Below the pieces are notes generated by a model that saw nothing but the letters and a program-made list of their open reading frames with translations, had not been told where the DNA came from and made no database searches. This document shows positions 29,557 to 38,413 of a stretch of DNA of 62,821 bases, piece after piece. The translations under genes were made by a program, and so were the position numbers. This DNA is from Tannerella sp. Lineage in GTDB: Bacteria > Bacteroidota > Bacteroidia > Bacteroidales > Tannerellaceae. The stretch is from assembly GCA_031265585.1 (NCBI GenBank), contig JAISCL010000158.1, positions 1-62,821 on the forward strand, written 5' to 3'. Within the stretch, counting starts at the first letter, position 1. Each line of letters opens with the position of its first letter.

Positions 29557-30144
29557 TTAAATACGAAATAATGTTAAATACAGAAAAAATGAGAATAATC
29601 CCATGTCTGTTTCATTTTTGCGCAGGTTCGATATCGCACGGTGCAGCAGACTGTGGCTTTGTGGAACAGTGATATTCATCACTTCGGCTATCTGAGGGTA
29701 GTCCATGTCCTGCATATATCGCAGCCATATTACTTCGCGCTGCCGCCGCGGCAGTTTGCGGAGCATAGCCTCTACACGTCGTCGTAAGTCCTCGTCTTCT
29801 TCCTTGCCTATTATCTCGTCCTCAATTGTTACGCCGGTAGTGAAAGGCAGTTCGCCAGCAGCCTCTGACGTCCTCGCTTCCCACATCGGGCGGCGCATTT
29901 TATAAACATTGACAAGGCGGTTTTTCAGGGAACAGAATAGATATACTCTCACGTCGTTTATCTCATTAAGGTTATCTTTATGCTCAATTACACTGCAAAA
30001 CACATCCTGAATGCAGTCGAGCGACGTTTCCCTGTCGAAGCCTAAATGACGTGCAAAAGTATATAGACTACGCGCATAAGCATTGTACGCTGTTTCTATT
30101 ATTGCCTTTTCAGGGCTAATTACTATTTTACCCCCCTCCTCCAT
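29557..30144 (-). CDS. ECF sigma-70 factor of the PUL
   Basis: DCIQDVF; LPRRQREVIWLRY...YPQIAEVM region 4. Confidence 0.92.
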   Translation of the reverse strand: MEEGGKIVISPEKAIIETAYNAYARSLYTFARHLGFDRETSLDCIQDVFCSVIEHKDNLNEINDVRVYLFCSLKNRLVNVYKMRRPMWEARTSEAAGELPFTTGVTIEDEIIGKEEDEDLRRRVEAMLRKLPRRQREVIWLRYMQDMDYPQIAEVMNITVPQSHSLLHRAISNLRKNETDMGLFSFFLYLTLFRI

Positions 30145-30232
30145 ATTTTAGCATAGCCGTAGCAAATGTTATCTTGTGAAATTTTTAGCACATGGCATAA
30201 ATTTAAAAAGTTTGTAACTAATCAGGTACTAT

Positions 30233-30370
30233 TCACCTCTTCGATTTCAGCACCGGCTCTAAATTTATTTTAGTCCGTCCATCTGCATTTTCTACATGAA
30301 TGTGTACCGGTAAATATTCGTCCGAATAAAAATAGAACCGAAATCCGAAAATATTTAGCTGTGTAGGCAT
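30233..30370 (-). pseudogene. Truncated DUF4160-like gene (45 aa)
   Basis: MPTQLNIFGFRFYFYSDEYLPVHIHVENADGRTKINLEPVLKSKR*; TATCTTTG promoter element at 30389-30396. Confidence 0.7.
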
Positions 30371-30424
30371 AATTTTTTTTTTACACGGCAAAGATAGGGA
30401 CAAATTCCCCTGATATTTAACATG

Positions 30425-30498
30425 TGGAGTATATCGGACTCGAACCGATCACCTTTAGACTGCCAGTCTAACGCTCTAGCCGGATGAGCTAATACCCC
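30425..30498 (-). tRNA. tRNA-Ala(GGC)
   Basis: GGGGTAT/ATACTCC acceptor stem with G3:U70, anticodon arm TTAGA-CTGGCAG-TCTAA, GTTCGAGT T-loop; CCA not encoded. Confidence 0.97.
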
Positions 30499-30566
30499 GG
30501 AATGTGAAAATCCGGCGCAAATATAGGCGTTTTATTTAAAATAGCGTAAGATTGTTGCGTGTTTTT

Positions 30567-30917
30567 TTAATCTTTAACTGTAACTGTCGCTTTTTCAGCT
30601 TCTCCGTTAACCGGCGGGTTTAGTTTTGATATTTTGACGGTCGTTTCCTGTATTTGCGGAAATCCGGTTTTGATTGCTTTTACTATGCGTCCGGCTACAT
30701 GTTCGATCAGTTGTGACGGTTTCATCATTTCGCATTTGACCAGGTCGTACAGTTCGGCGTAATTTATCGTATCCTTCAGGTTGTCTGTTTCAGTGGCTTT
30801 CGTTTCTATGATACAGGATATATCGGCCAGAAATGATCCGCCTGTTATACGTTCTTCTTCCATTACGCCATGGAAGGCATGGAACTTCATGGATTCTAAT
30901 GTGACTGTGACTCTCAT
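30567..30917 (-). CDS. folB: Dihydroneopterin aldolase
   Basis: FHAFHGVMEEE, DTINY, LIEHVA, KLNPP. Confidence 0.95.
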   Translation of the reverse strand: MRVTVTLESMKFHAFHGVMEEERITGGSFLADISCIIETKATETDNLKDTINYAELYDLVKCEMMKPSQLIEHVAGRIVKAIKTGFPQIQETTVKISKLNPPVNGEAEKATVTVKD

Positions 30918-30926
30918 AACAGAGTG

Positions 30927-30954
30927 CAAAAGTATAAAAATATATGTATATTTG
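30927..30954. promoter_or_regulatory. Back-to-back -7 promoter elements for folB and the rhomboid gene
   Basis: CAAAAGTA at 30927-30934 and TATATTTG at 30947-30954. Confidence 0.55.
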
Positions 30955-30961
30955 CTACCTT

Positions 30962-31642
30962 ATGTATGATAAATCAATAGAAGAGGAGCATGAATTGAGG
31001 CTTGCCGTATGGTATGCTGCCCTGTTGACGGCATTGCCGTGGATTGTGCAGGCTGTAACGGTTGTGTTTTCGCTGCAGTTAAAGCAGTTCGGCTTGAGGC
31101 CGCTTGAGTGGAGCGGACTGTCCGGTATTTTTACGATGCCGCTGCTACATGCGGACTGGGGGCATCTTATTTCCAATACGCCTGCCATGCTGTTACTTCT
31201 ATTCGGACTGTTTTTGTTTTATAAGCGCGGCGCATGGCGTGTTTTGCTGTTCCTGTATCTCCTGGGTGGATTTTTGACCTGGCTTATGGGGAGAAGTTCC
31301 ACACATATAGGGGCAAGCGGGCTTGTTTATGCACTGGCTGCTTTTCATTTCGTAAGCGGGGTTATCAGGAAGTCGCCCCGCCAGCGTGCTTTTGCGCTTT
31401 TGGTTGCCTTTCTTTATGGCGGTTTTGTCTGGGCTTTTTTCCCGACACTTTACAGGGGTACCTCGATCTCGTGGGAAGGGCATCTTTCCGGGCTGATTGC
31501 CGGCATTGTGCTTGCTTTTTACTTTCGCGGCAGAGGGCCGGAGCCTCCTGCCGATCCGTTTCCGGAGGATGAAGATCCGGACGGTACGGAGGATGGGGAT
31601 TATTACCGGGATATTCCGGAAGGGGATGAGCAGCAGTCATAG
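30962..31642 (+). CDS. Rhomboid family intramembrane serine protease
   Basis: HADWGHLISN, HIGASG, SWEGHLSG. Confidence 0.92.
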   Translation: MYDKSIEEEHELRLAVWYAALLTALPWIVQAVTVVFSLQLKQFGLRPLEWSGLSGIFTMPLLHADWGHLISNTPAMLLLLFGLFLFYKRGAWRVLLFLYLLGGFLTWLMGRSSTHIGASGLVYALAAFHFVSGVIRKSPRQRAFALLVAFLYGGFVWAFFPTLYRGTSISWEGHLSGLIAGIVLAFYFRGRGPEPPADPFPEDEDPDGTEDGDYYRDIPEGDEQQS

Positions 31643-31741
31643 CGTGCCGCTTTTCGAAGCGGAAGCAATAAAAATAGGGATTTATTTTGTATTGCGTCCG
31701 ACTTGCATTATCTTTGCGACGAAACAAATAATAGAAATATC

Positions 31742-32146
31742 ATGGCGAAAACAAATGAAGAACCCAATGGCGGGTTACATAATGTGTTGGCAACGGGTAC
31801 GGTATTGACAGGAACTATTGTTACGGAATCGGATTTTCGTCTCGACGGGCGCGTTGAGGGAGAAATCAACTGTAAGGGTAAAATCGTCATCGGGCCGAAA
31901 GGAAGTGTTAAGGGCAATATTCTGACAGACAATGCGGAAATTTTCGGAACGGTAGAAGGGACGATCCGTGCGCGTGAGCGTCTGATCCTGAAATCGTCCG
32001 CTGTCATTAAGGGGGATATCTTTATCCAGACGCTGGAGATAGAGCCGGGCGCCAAGCTGAACGGTTCATGTACGATGGCCGGGAAAGAAGGTATCGGAGC
32101 GCCTGCGCCGTCCGTCCCGAATCCTGTAAATAATCAAAAGAAATAG
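31742..32146 (+). CDS. Bactofilin (polymer-forming cytoskeletal protein)
   Basis: RLDGRVEGEI...IGPKGSVKGNI...LEIEPGAKLNG beta-helix pattern; TATCTTTG at 31709. Confidence 0.92.
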   Translation: MAKTNEEPNGGLHNVLATGTVLTGTIVTESDFRLDGRVEGEINCKGKIVIGPKGSVKGNILTDNAEIFGTVEGTIRARERLILKSSAVIKGDIFIQTLEIEPGAKLNGSCTMAGKEGIGAPAPSVPNPVNNQKK

Positions 32147-32218
32147 CTTGTGTAGAGACTGACCGGGCGTATGGAATGTCTGTTATTGAGGTTCTATAAC
32201 GTTTTGTGCGGGTAATTT

Positions 32219-32402
32219 GCGGAGATGCGTCCGTAAATTGCGGACACGTGTCCATAAACTGCGGACACGCGTCCGTAAATCGCGGACACGCGTCCGCAAA
32301 TTGTGGACACGCGTCCGTAAATTGCGGACACGTGTCCGTAAATTGTGGACACGCGTCCGTAAATCGCGGACACGTGTCCGTAAATTGCGGAGACGCTCCG
32401 GA
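32219..32402. repeat. 21-bp palindromic tandem repeat array (8 full units and 1 degenerate unit)
   Basis: Consensus gcggacacgYgtccgtaaatt; units start at 32219, 32240, 32261, 32282, 32303, 32324, 32345, 32366, 32387. Confidence 0.97.
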
Positions 32403-32464
32403 AGGTCGATGACCGGTACGGGTATGATATGCCTGTACAAAATGTTGTGGAGCCGGAATGTTTG

Positions 32465-35164
32465 TTATTTATGCCGTCCGCTTGCGGTTATCAGATGTTT
32501 AATTTTGTTGTTGAAACTGTCTGTGCATATTAGTGTTTCGAGTGGAATGTGCATGCGGTAACACCATTTGTTATCCGGATTGGCCGGCAGGTTGATCCGT
32601 TCGGCAGCGGGGTCTTTACGTTTTATGCTGTCATCTGTTGCAAACCAGTCCTGGAGAGGGATGATCGTTAGCATGGATGATGATTTCAGGTGGTTTAAAA
32701 TGATTTGTTCAGCTATGCCGGATGAACATTCTTCGGGAGCTTCCCCATCCTGTTTTAATACGGAGGTGTAGTATCGCTGTGTTTTTTCCCTGTCTTCTTT
32801 CCACCAGGTGCGGATCGGACTCATGTCGTGCGTTGAGGTCGTGCAGACCGAGTGATAAGCTAATGTGCCGGGATCCGTAAATTCACGGTTCATTGTTTTG
32901 GGCATGCGTTCCGGTTCGAGGGTGAAGATCTGTAGCTTTTCCATTACTTCATGAACGGATGCCGGGATCATTCCCAGGTCTTCACCGCAGACAAGCATTT
33001 CCGTGTTGCGTATTAAGGGTGTGAGGCGGTTCAGGGCGATCTGTTTCCAAAATTCATTGTGCCGCAGGAAATAGAAGTCGTTGTACAGTCGGTTAAAGGC
33101 GTGCCTGTTTCCGTCCGACAGTTCACGGTATGCGTATGATTTGCAGGCCGATATGCGTGGATGATAATGCTTTTTACGGTAAGGATCTTCAAGGAATAAT
33201 ACTTCGTTTGCAACAGTCATCAGTCCGTCTCTGATGATTTGCGATTTTGTGTCTGTTTTTCCTTCAAAAATCTTTTTTATCTTTCTTTGTGTTGAGCAGA
33301 TTCCGTTTAGCGTCAGGTGCTTTGCATCCGTGTGGAGGATGTATTTAGATAGCGTATCTGTTTCCACGTTCTCTCCGAACAGTTCGGGGAGAGAGCGGAT
33401 GTGAATGTGCGGCCTGGTCCACCGTTCGTCGAAGGCCGTTATGCCGTTTTCTTCGATTTCTTTTACGGAGAGGGGCAGGGCGGGCCTGAAATGGCCACAT
33501 AAGCCTTCGGTATATTCCAGCGGGATTTCCCATATCCGGAAAAATCCGAGGATGTGGTCTATGCGGAAGCAGTCAAAGTAACGGTTCAGGTTATGAAAGC
33601 GTTTTTTCCACCAGGAGAATCCGTCTTTTTCCATTACGTCCCAGTTGTAGGTGGGGAAAGACCAGTTTTGACCGGTAACGGAAAATGCATCCGGCGGAGC
33701 GCCTGCCTGTTCCTGCATGTTAAAATACTCCGGCTCCGTCCATGCCTCAACACTTTGACGGTTGATGCCGATCGGCAGGTCTCCTTTGAGAACGATCCTG
33801 TTCCTGCGTGCATATTCGGCTACGGCTGCGAATTGTATATGGAGTGTGTATTGAATAAAAAAGAGGTATGAGAGTTCATCATACGCTTCGTTTTCCGGAT
33901 GGCAGAACGGTTCGATTTTTTCCCGCCTGTAGTGTGCATATTCTCCCCACCGGGAGAAATCGGCCGTGTTGTTTTTATCCCGGAGGTAGGAGAAGGCAGC
34001 GTAGGGAATCAGCCATTCCCTGTTTTCGGCAATGAATTTCTTAAAGTCAGGGTTCTTTACCGTGTTTTCTTTTTCCTGCCGGAAGTATTCGCGAAGGCAG
34101 GCGGTTTTGTGTCCGGCTACGGCTTCGTAGTCCACGGCATCCGCTGCATTCAGTTTTTGTTGTATTGCGCTGTAGAAGCGGGCTCTTTCCGGATCTTTCA
34201 GGTTTCCCAGCATCGGGATGTTTATATAGAGCGGGTGAAGTGCATAGATCGATATGGCGCTGTAGGGATAGGCGTCTTGCCATGTGTGCGACCGTGTGGT
34301 ATCGTTCACCGGCAGGAGCTGGATGAAGTGCTGTCCCGTTTTTTTTGCCCAGTCGATCAGCAGTTTGATGTCACCAATGTCTCCGATGCCAAAGCCGGTT
34401 TCCGAGCGGAGGGAAAAGACCGGAATGACCGTGCCGCAGGCTTTCCATGAAAGATCCGGCGTTCGCAACGGACAGTCATTGATGATCATGCGGCTTTTTT
34501 TGTTTTCATGGAGATTGTTTATCCTGCGGTTATTGCCCTCTTCCCAATAGCATAGCCTGTTTGTCCTGCTTTCCAGGACGATGAATTTGTATTCCAGGGG
34601 AAACGAAATATCTCCGGCGTGAAGTCCGGTTTCCCATTGCGGGAAATTTGCGCCGGAAAGGATGACGGCATGATCCGTGTTCCAGTTGCCGAGGCATGGC
34701 TGGTTGCCGGTTACGGCGACTACCTGTTCCGGTGTGATTTCCGGGGCATCCAGGCGTAAGAGGATGCCGTTTGGCGTTTCCGCAGGATCCGCCCCGGTCA
34801 TTTCCTGCCGGGCAAAGAGGTTCCGGGTAAAGGCTGATGTGTAGAATATCCTGTCGACAGGTTCCCGTAACCAGTAATCATACAGGAAGTACGAATCACA
34901 ACCGTCACTGAAAAGCGCATGATGCACGAACTTCTCCTCCTCCATCCTGCGTATGCCGTTTTCATCTTCTATTATATAGTTGTATTCCAATTCCCTGACA
35001 GGGCCGGACAGCCGGATTTCCAACTGCCACTCTCCCGCGTCGCGGTAAAGCATTTCTTTTGCCGCGTGGATGCTGCCGTCTCCCAGCTCCGTGCATGAAC
35101 CCGTTATCAGCAGTTTCTGTCCCCAGACGGTGCTGTATTTTATATTGAACGTAATTTCCATCAA
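32465..35164 (-). CDS. malQ: 4-alpha-glucanotransferase (GH77) with two N-terminal CBM20-like domains
   Basis: GDLPIG, GAPPDAF, RIDHILGFFRIW, GEDLG, STHD. Confidence 0.95.
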   Translation of the reverse strand: MMEITFNIKYSTVWGQKLLITGSCTELGDGSIHAAKEMLYRDAGEWQLEIRLSGPVRELEYNYIIEDENGIRRMEEEKFVHHALFSDGCDSYFLYDYWLREPVDRIFYTSAFTRNLFARQEMTGADPAETPNGILLRLDAPEITPEQVVAVTGNQPCLGNWNTDHAVILSGANFPQWETGLHAGDISFPLEYKFIVLESRTNRLCYWEEGNNRRINNLHENKKSRMIINDCPLRTPDLSWKACGTVIPVFSLRSETGFGIGDIGDIKLLIDWAKKTGQHFIQLLPVNDTTRSHTWQDAYPYSAISIYALHPLYINIPMLGNLKDPERARFYSAIQQKLNAADAVDYEAVAGHKTACLREYFRQEKENTVKNPDFKKFIAENREWLIPYAAFSYLRDKNNTADFSRWGEYAHYRREKIEPFCHPENEAYDELSYLFFIQYTLHIQFAAVAEYARRNRIVLKGDLPIGINRQSVEAWTEPEYFNMQEQAGAPPDAFSVTGQNWSFPTYNWDVMEKDGFSWWKKRFHNLNRYFDCFRIDHILGFFRIWEIPLEYTEGLCGHFRPALPLSVKEIEENGITAFDERWTRPHIHIRSLPELFGENVETDTLSKYILHTDAKHLTLNGICSTQRKIKKIFEGKTDTKSQIIRDGLMTVANEVLFLEDPYRKKHYHPRISACKSYAYRELSDGNRHAFNRLYNDFYFLRHNEFWKQIALNRLTPLIRNTEMLVCGEDLGMIPASVHEVMEKLQIFTLEPERMPKTMNREFTDPGTLAYHSVCTTSTHDMSPIRTWWKEDREKTQRYYTSVLKQDGEAPEECSSGIAEQIILNHLKSSSMLTIIPLQDWFATDDSIKRKDPAAERINLPANPDNKWCYRMHIPLETLICTDSFNNKIKHLITASGRHK

Positions 35165-35174
35165 AATGAAACCG

Positions 35175-37715
35175 TTAATTGCACTTTGAAGCTCCGCAGT
35201 TTTTACAGATCAGGCATCCTTCCTGATATATTAACGTTTCAAATCCGCAATTCGGACATTTTTGTTCTTTAAGCTCCGAACCGTCGGGAAGGTATTTTTT
35301 TAATGCCCGCTCTACCCCGTTCTTCCAGGTATTTATGCTTTCGTCATTCAGTTCCATCCCCTGTACCAGTTTGATTACCTGGTCTATGGGCATGGCATAG
35401 CGCAGTACTCCGGATATGAATTTGGCATAGTTCCAAAATTCGGGATTGAATTTTCCATCCAGTCCTTCGATGGTCAGCTTGTATCCGCGTTTGTTTTTGA
35501 ACTGGAAATCGTAGTGTTTCCGTCCGTTCTCGTCATAGCTTTTGATGATAGAGCCTTTTGACACGTTTTTAGGGAGCATGATCCCCTCTTCGTCGTCGGC
35601 GAGACCCGTGAATATTTCGTATGGACGGCCGTTTAGCAGTCCCACAAAAGCGATCCATTTGTCCTTGTTGTTCTGGAATTTGACAACGTCCGCTTCCAGT
35701 TCGCGCGGGCGTACTGCCATGATGACCGGCGGTTCCATGCAATGGCTTTCTTTCTTTTTCTTTTTATCGTCGACGGAGACCAGTATTCCCGCACGGGAGC
35801 CTTCGCGGTATACGGTACAGCCTTTGCATCCCGATCTCCATGCCCGGACGTAGAGTTCGTTCACCAGATCTTCGGAAGCTTCGTTCGGCAGGTTGATCGT
35901 TACGCTTATGGAGTGATCCACCCATTTTTGTATGCGTCCCTGCATGTTTACTTTCTGAAGCCAGTCGACATCATTGGATGATGCTTTGTAGTAGGGCGAC
36001 TGTTCGACCATTTTCTGCGTTTCTTCTTCCGCGTATTTTTTGACGGGGGAATATCCGTTTGCGGTCATCCATGTGACGAATTTGTGATGGAAGACGGTGT
36101 ATTCTTCAAATGCGTCACCTGTTTCGTCGACAAAGTCCACACGTGCGTTCGGGTCGTTGGGATTTACTTTGCGCCGGCGTTTGTAGACGGGGAGAAATAC
36201 CGGTTCGATGCCGGAGGTCGTCTGCGTCATCAGGCTGGTGGTGCCTGTCGGCGCTATGGTAAGGCATGCGATGTTCCGGCGTCCGACGGCCGTCATCTCT
36301 TTATACAGGTCGGGGTCTGCATTGCGTAACCGGTTTATAAACGGGTTTTTTTCTTCGCGTTTTGCGTCATACACTTCAAATGCGCCTCTTTCTTTGGCCA
36401 TTTTTACAGACGAGGCGTAGGCTGCAAGGGCTAATGTTTTCTGTACTTCTTCCGCAAAACCGGTGGCTTCATCCGTGCCGTAACGCAGGTTCAGCGCTGC
36501 CAGCATATCTCCTTCGGCGGTGATTCCCACGCCGGTACGCCGTCCTTGCAGTGTTTTTTTTCGGATTTTTTCCCAAAGATGATATTCGGTCTGTTTAATT
36601 TCTTCGGATTCGGGGTCGGATTTTACTTTTTCGATGATCTTTTCAATTTTTTCCGCTTCCAGGTCGATGATATCATCCATGATCCGCTGCGCCAGCCCGG
36701 CGTGTTTTTTGAAAAGTGCAAAATCAAAACAGGCCTCCGGGGTAAACGGATTTACTACGTAAGAATAGAGGTTTATGGCTAATAACCGGCAACTGTCGTA
36801 GGGACACAGCGGGATTTCCCCGCACGGATTGGTTGACACGGTTTTGAAACCCAGGTCGGCATAGCAGTCGGGAACAGATTCTTTTATGATTGTATCCCAG
36901 AACAGGACGCCGGGTTCGGCCGATTTCCAGGCGTTATGGATGATTTTTTTCCATAGCTGTGTCGCGTTCATATCTTTGCTGACGGTTGGCAGGGGCGAAT
37001 CGATCGGATACTGTTGCCTGTACGGGGTTCCGTTTATCGCTGCGTTCATAAATTCGTCGTCAATCTTGACCGAGACGTTGGCGCCTGTTACTTTTCCTTC
37101 GGTCATTTTTGCATCAATAAACGCTTCTGAGTCGGGATGCTTGATGGAGACGCTTAACATTAACGCGCCGCGCCGTCCTTCCTGGGCCACTTCGCGGGTG
37201 GAGTTTGAATACCGTTCCATAAAGGGGACAAGGCCGGTTGATGTCAGTGCGGAATTTTTCACGATGGAATTTTTCGGACGTATATGCGACAGGTCATGCC
37301 CTACGCCTCCGCGGCGTTTCATCAGCTGCACCTGCTCTTCGTCAATGCGTATGACGGCGCCGTACGAGTCCGCATGGCCGTCCAGTCCGATCACAAAACA
37401 GTTGGACAGGGAGGATATCTGGTTGTTATTGCCGATACCCGTCATCGGACTTCCCTGCGGTATGATATACTGGAATCTGTCGAATAAATCAAGTAATTCC
37501 TGTTCGGAAAGAGGGTTTGGATAGTTGTTTTCAATCCGGTTTATTTCCTTTGCCAGGCGCCGGTGCATATCCGCCGGTGTTTTTTCGTAAATGTTACCGA
37601 AACCGTCTTTGAGAGCGTATTTGTTCACCCAAACTTTGGCGGCCAGTTCATCACCCGTGAAATAGATAAGAGAAGCTTTGTAGGCTTCGTCGAAAGAATA
37701 GATTTTTTGTTCCAT
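35175..37715 (-). CDS. nrdJ: Adenosylcobalamin-dependent (class II) ribonucleoside-diphosphate reductase
   Basis: SLSNCF, TNPCGEI, IAPTGT, KGCTVYR, C-terminal CxxC...CxxC; no adjacent beta subunit. Confidence 0.93.
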   Translation of the reverse strand: MEQKIYSFDEAYKASLIYFTGDELAAKVWVNKYALKDGFGNIYEKTPADMHRRLAKEINRIENNYPNPLSEQELLDLFDRFQYIIPQGSPMTGIGNNNQISSLSNCFVIGLDGHADSYGAVIRIDEEQVQLMKRRGGVGHDLSHIRPKNSIVKNSALTSTGLVPFMERYSNSTREVAQEGRRGALMLSVSIKHPDSEAFIDAKMTEGKVTGANVSVKIDDEFMNAAINGTPYRQQYPIDSPLPTVSKDMNATQLWKKIIHNAWKSAEPGVLFWDTIIKESVPDCYADLGFKTVSTNPCGEIPLCPYDSCRLLAINLYSYVVNPFTPEACFDFALFKKHAGLAQRIMDDIIDLEAEKIEKIIEKVKSDPESEEIKQTEYHLWEKIRKKTLQGRRTGVGITAEGDMLAALNLRYGTDEATGFAEEVQKTLALAAYASSVKMAKERGAFEVYDAKREEKNPFINRLRNADPDLYKEMTAVGRRNIACLTIAPTGTTSLMTQTTSGIEPVFLPVYKRRRKVNPNDPNARVDFVDETGDAFEEYTVFHHKFVTWMTANGYSPVKKYAEEETQKMVEQSPYYKASSNDVDWLQKVNMQGRIQKWVDHSISVTINLPNEASEDLVNELYVRAWRSGCKGCTVYREGSRAGILVSVDDKKKKKESHCMEPPVIMAVRPRELEADVVKFQNNKDKWIAFVGLLNGRPYEIFTGLADDEEGIMLPKNVSKGSIIKSYDENGRKHYDFQFKNKRGYKLTIEGLDGKFNPEFWNYAKFISGVLRYAMPIDQVIKLVQGMELNDESINTWKNGVERALKKYLPDGSELKEQKCPNCGFETLIYQEGCLICKNCGASKCN

Positions 37716-37981
37716 TATTTTATAGTTTAAATTTGGGAGTGCAAGTTTAAGGATAGTTTATGACTTGTCCAAATTTTCGGAGATTAAAAATGAGTAATGT
37801 TTAAAAGTTTCCTGATATTTTTTCTTAATTGTTGATTATTTGCGCCTTAAAAAATCGCCGGCATTAAAAAGTTTTCCAAAAGTGAATACATGTGAGAATG
37901 GAGGTTTTCTTTTTCTGTCTCGAACGCTTGGAAATCCGGAAATTTCATGTAAGTTTGCCGTTCATTATCCATAACGTTATC

Positions 37982-38353
37982 ATGATGAAAGAAATACTTT
38001 TGGTAGGACTGGGAGGCGGAATAGGGAGTATTTTGCGGTATCTCGGTACGGTTTATTCGAATAAGCTGTTCCATACGGTTTTCCCGGTCGGGACTTTTTT
38101 TGTAAATGTGACCGGGTGTTTCCTGATCGGCTTATTCATCGGCCTTATTGAACATCAGCAGGTACTGAATGTAAACCACCGGCTTTTGTTCGTCACGGGA
38201 TTTTGTGGCGGCTTCACTACGTTTTCCGCCTTTTCCGCCGAAACCTTTGCCCTGTTTGAAACCGGGCATATTTTATCGGGAATCTGCTATATCGCGGCCA
38301 GTGTGCTGTCCGGGTTACTGGCCGTATGGCTGGGGATTTTGCTTTTGAAGTAA
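37982..38353 (+). CDS. crcB: Fluoride efflux channel CrcB/FluC
   Basis: GGGIGSILRY, FPVGTFFVN, GFCGGFTTFS. Confidence 0.95.
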   Translation: MMKEILLVGLGGGIGSILRYLGTVYSNKLFHTVFPVGTFFVNVTGCFLIGLFIGLIEHQQVLNVNHRLLFVTGFCGGFTTFSAFSAETFALFETGHILSGICYIAASVLSGLLAVWLGILLLK

Positions 38354-38413
38354 GCCGCTGCTGCCCGGTGTAGAAAAATGATTACTTTTGCCCTCAATTA
38401 AATTAAATTTGGT

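Noticed and set aside
32219-32402. CRISPR array interpretation of the 21-bp repeats
   Set aside because: Units are contiguous with no unique spacers, and there are no cas genes in the window.
32183-32561. Arg-rich heptad ORFs (LRTRVRN/VRKLRTR) over array 2
   Set aside because: Similar peptides arise on both strands because the unit is palindromic; no convincing start context.
37850-37981. Fluoride riboswitch upstream of crcB
   Set aside because: Could not find the GATGG..TCGCC...CTRATG consensus elements by eye; needs Infernal.
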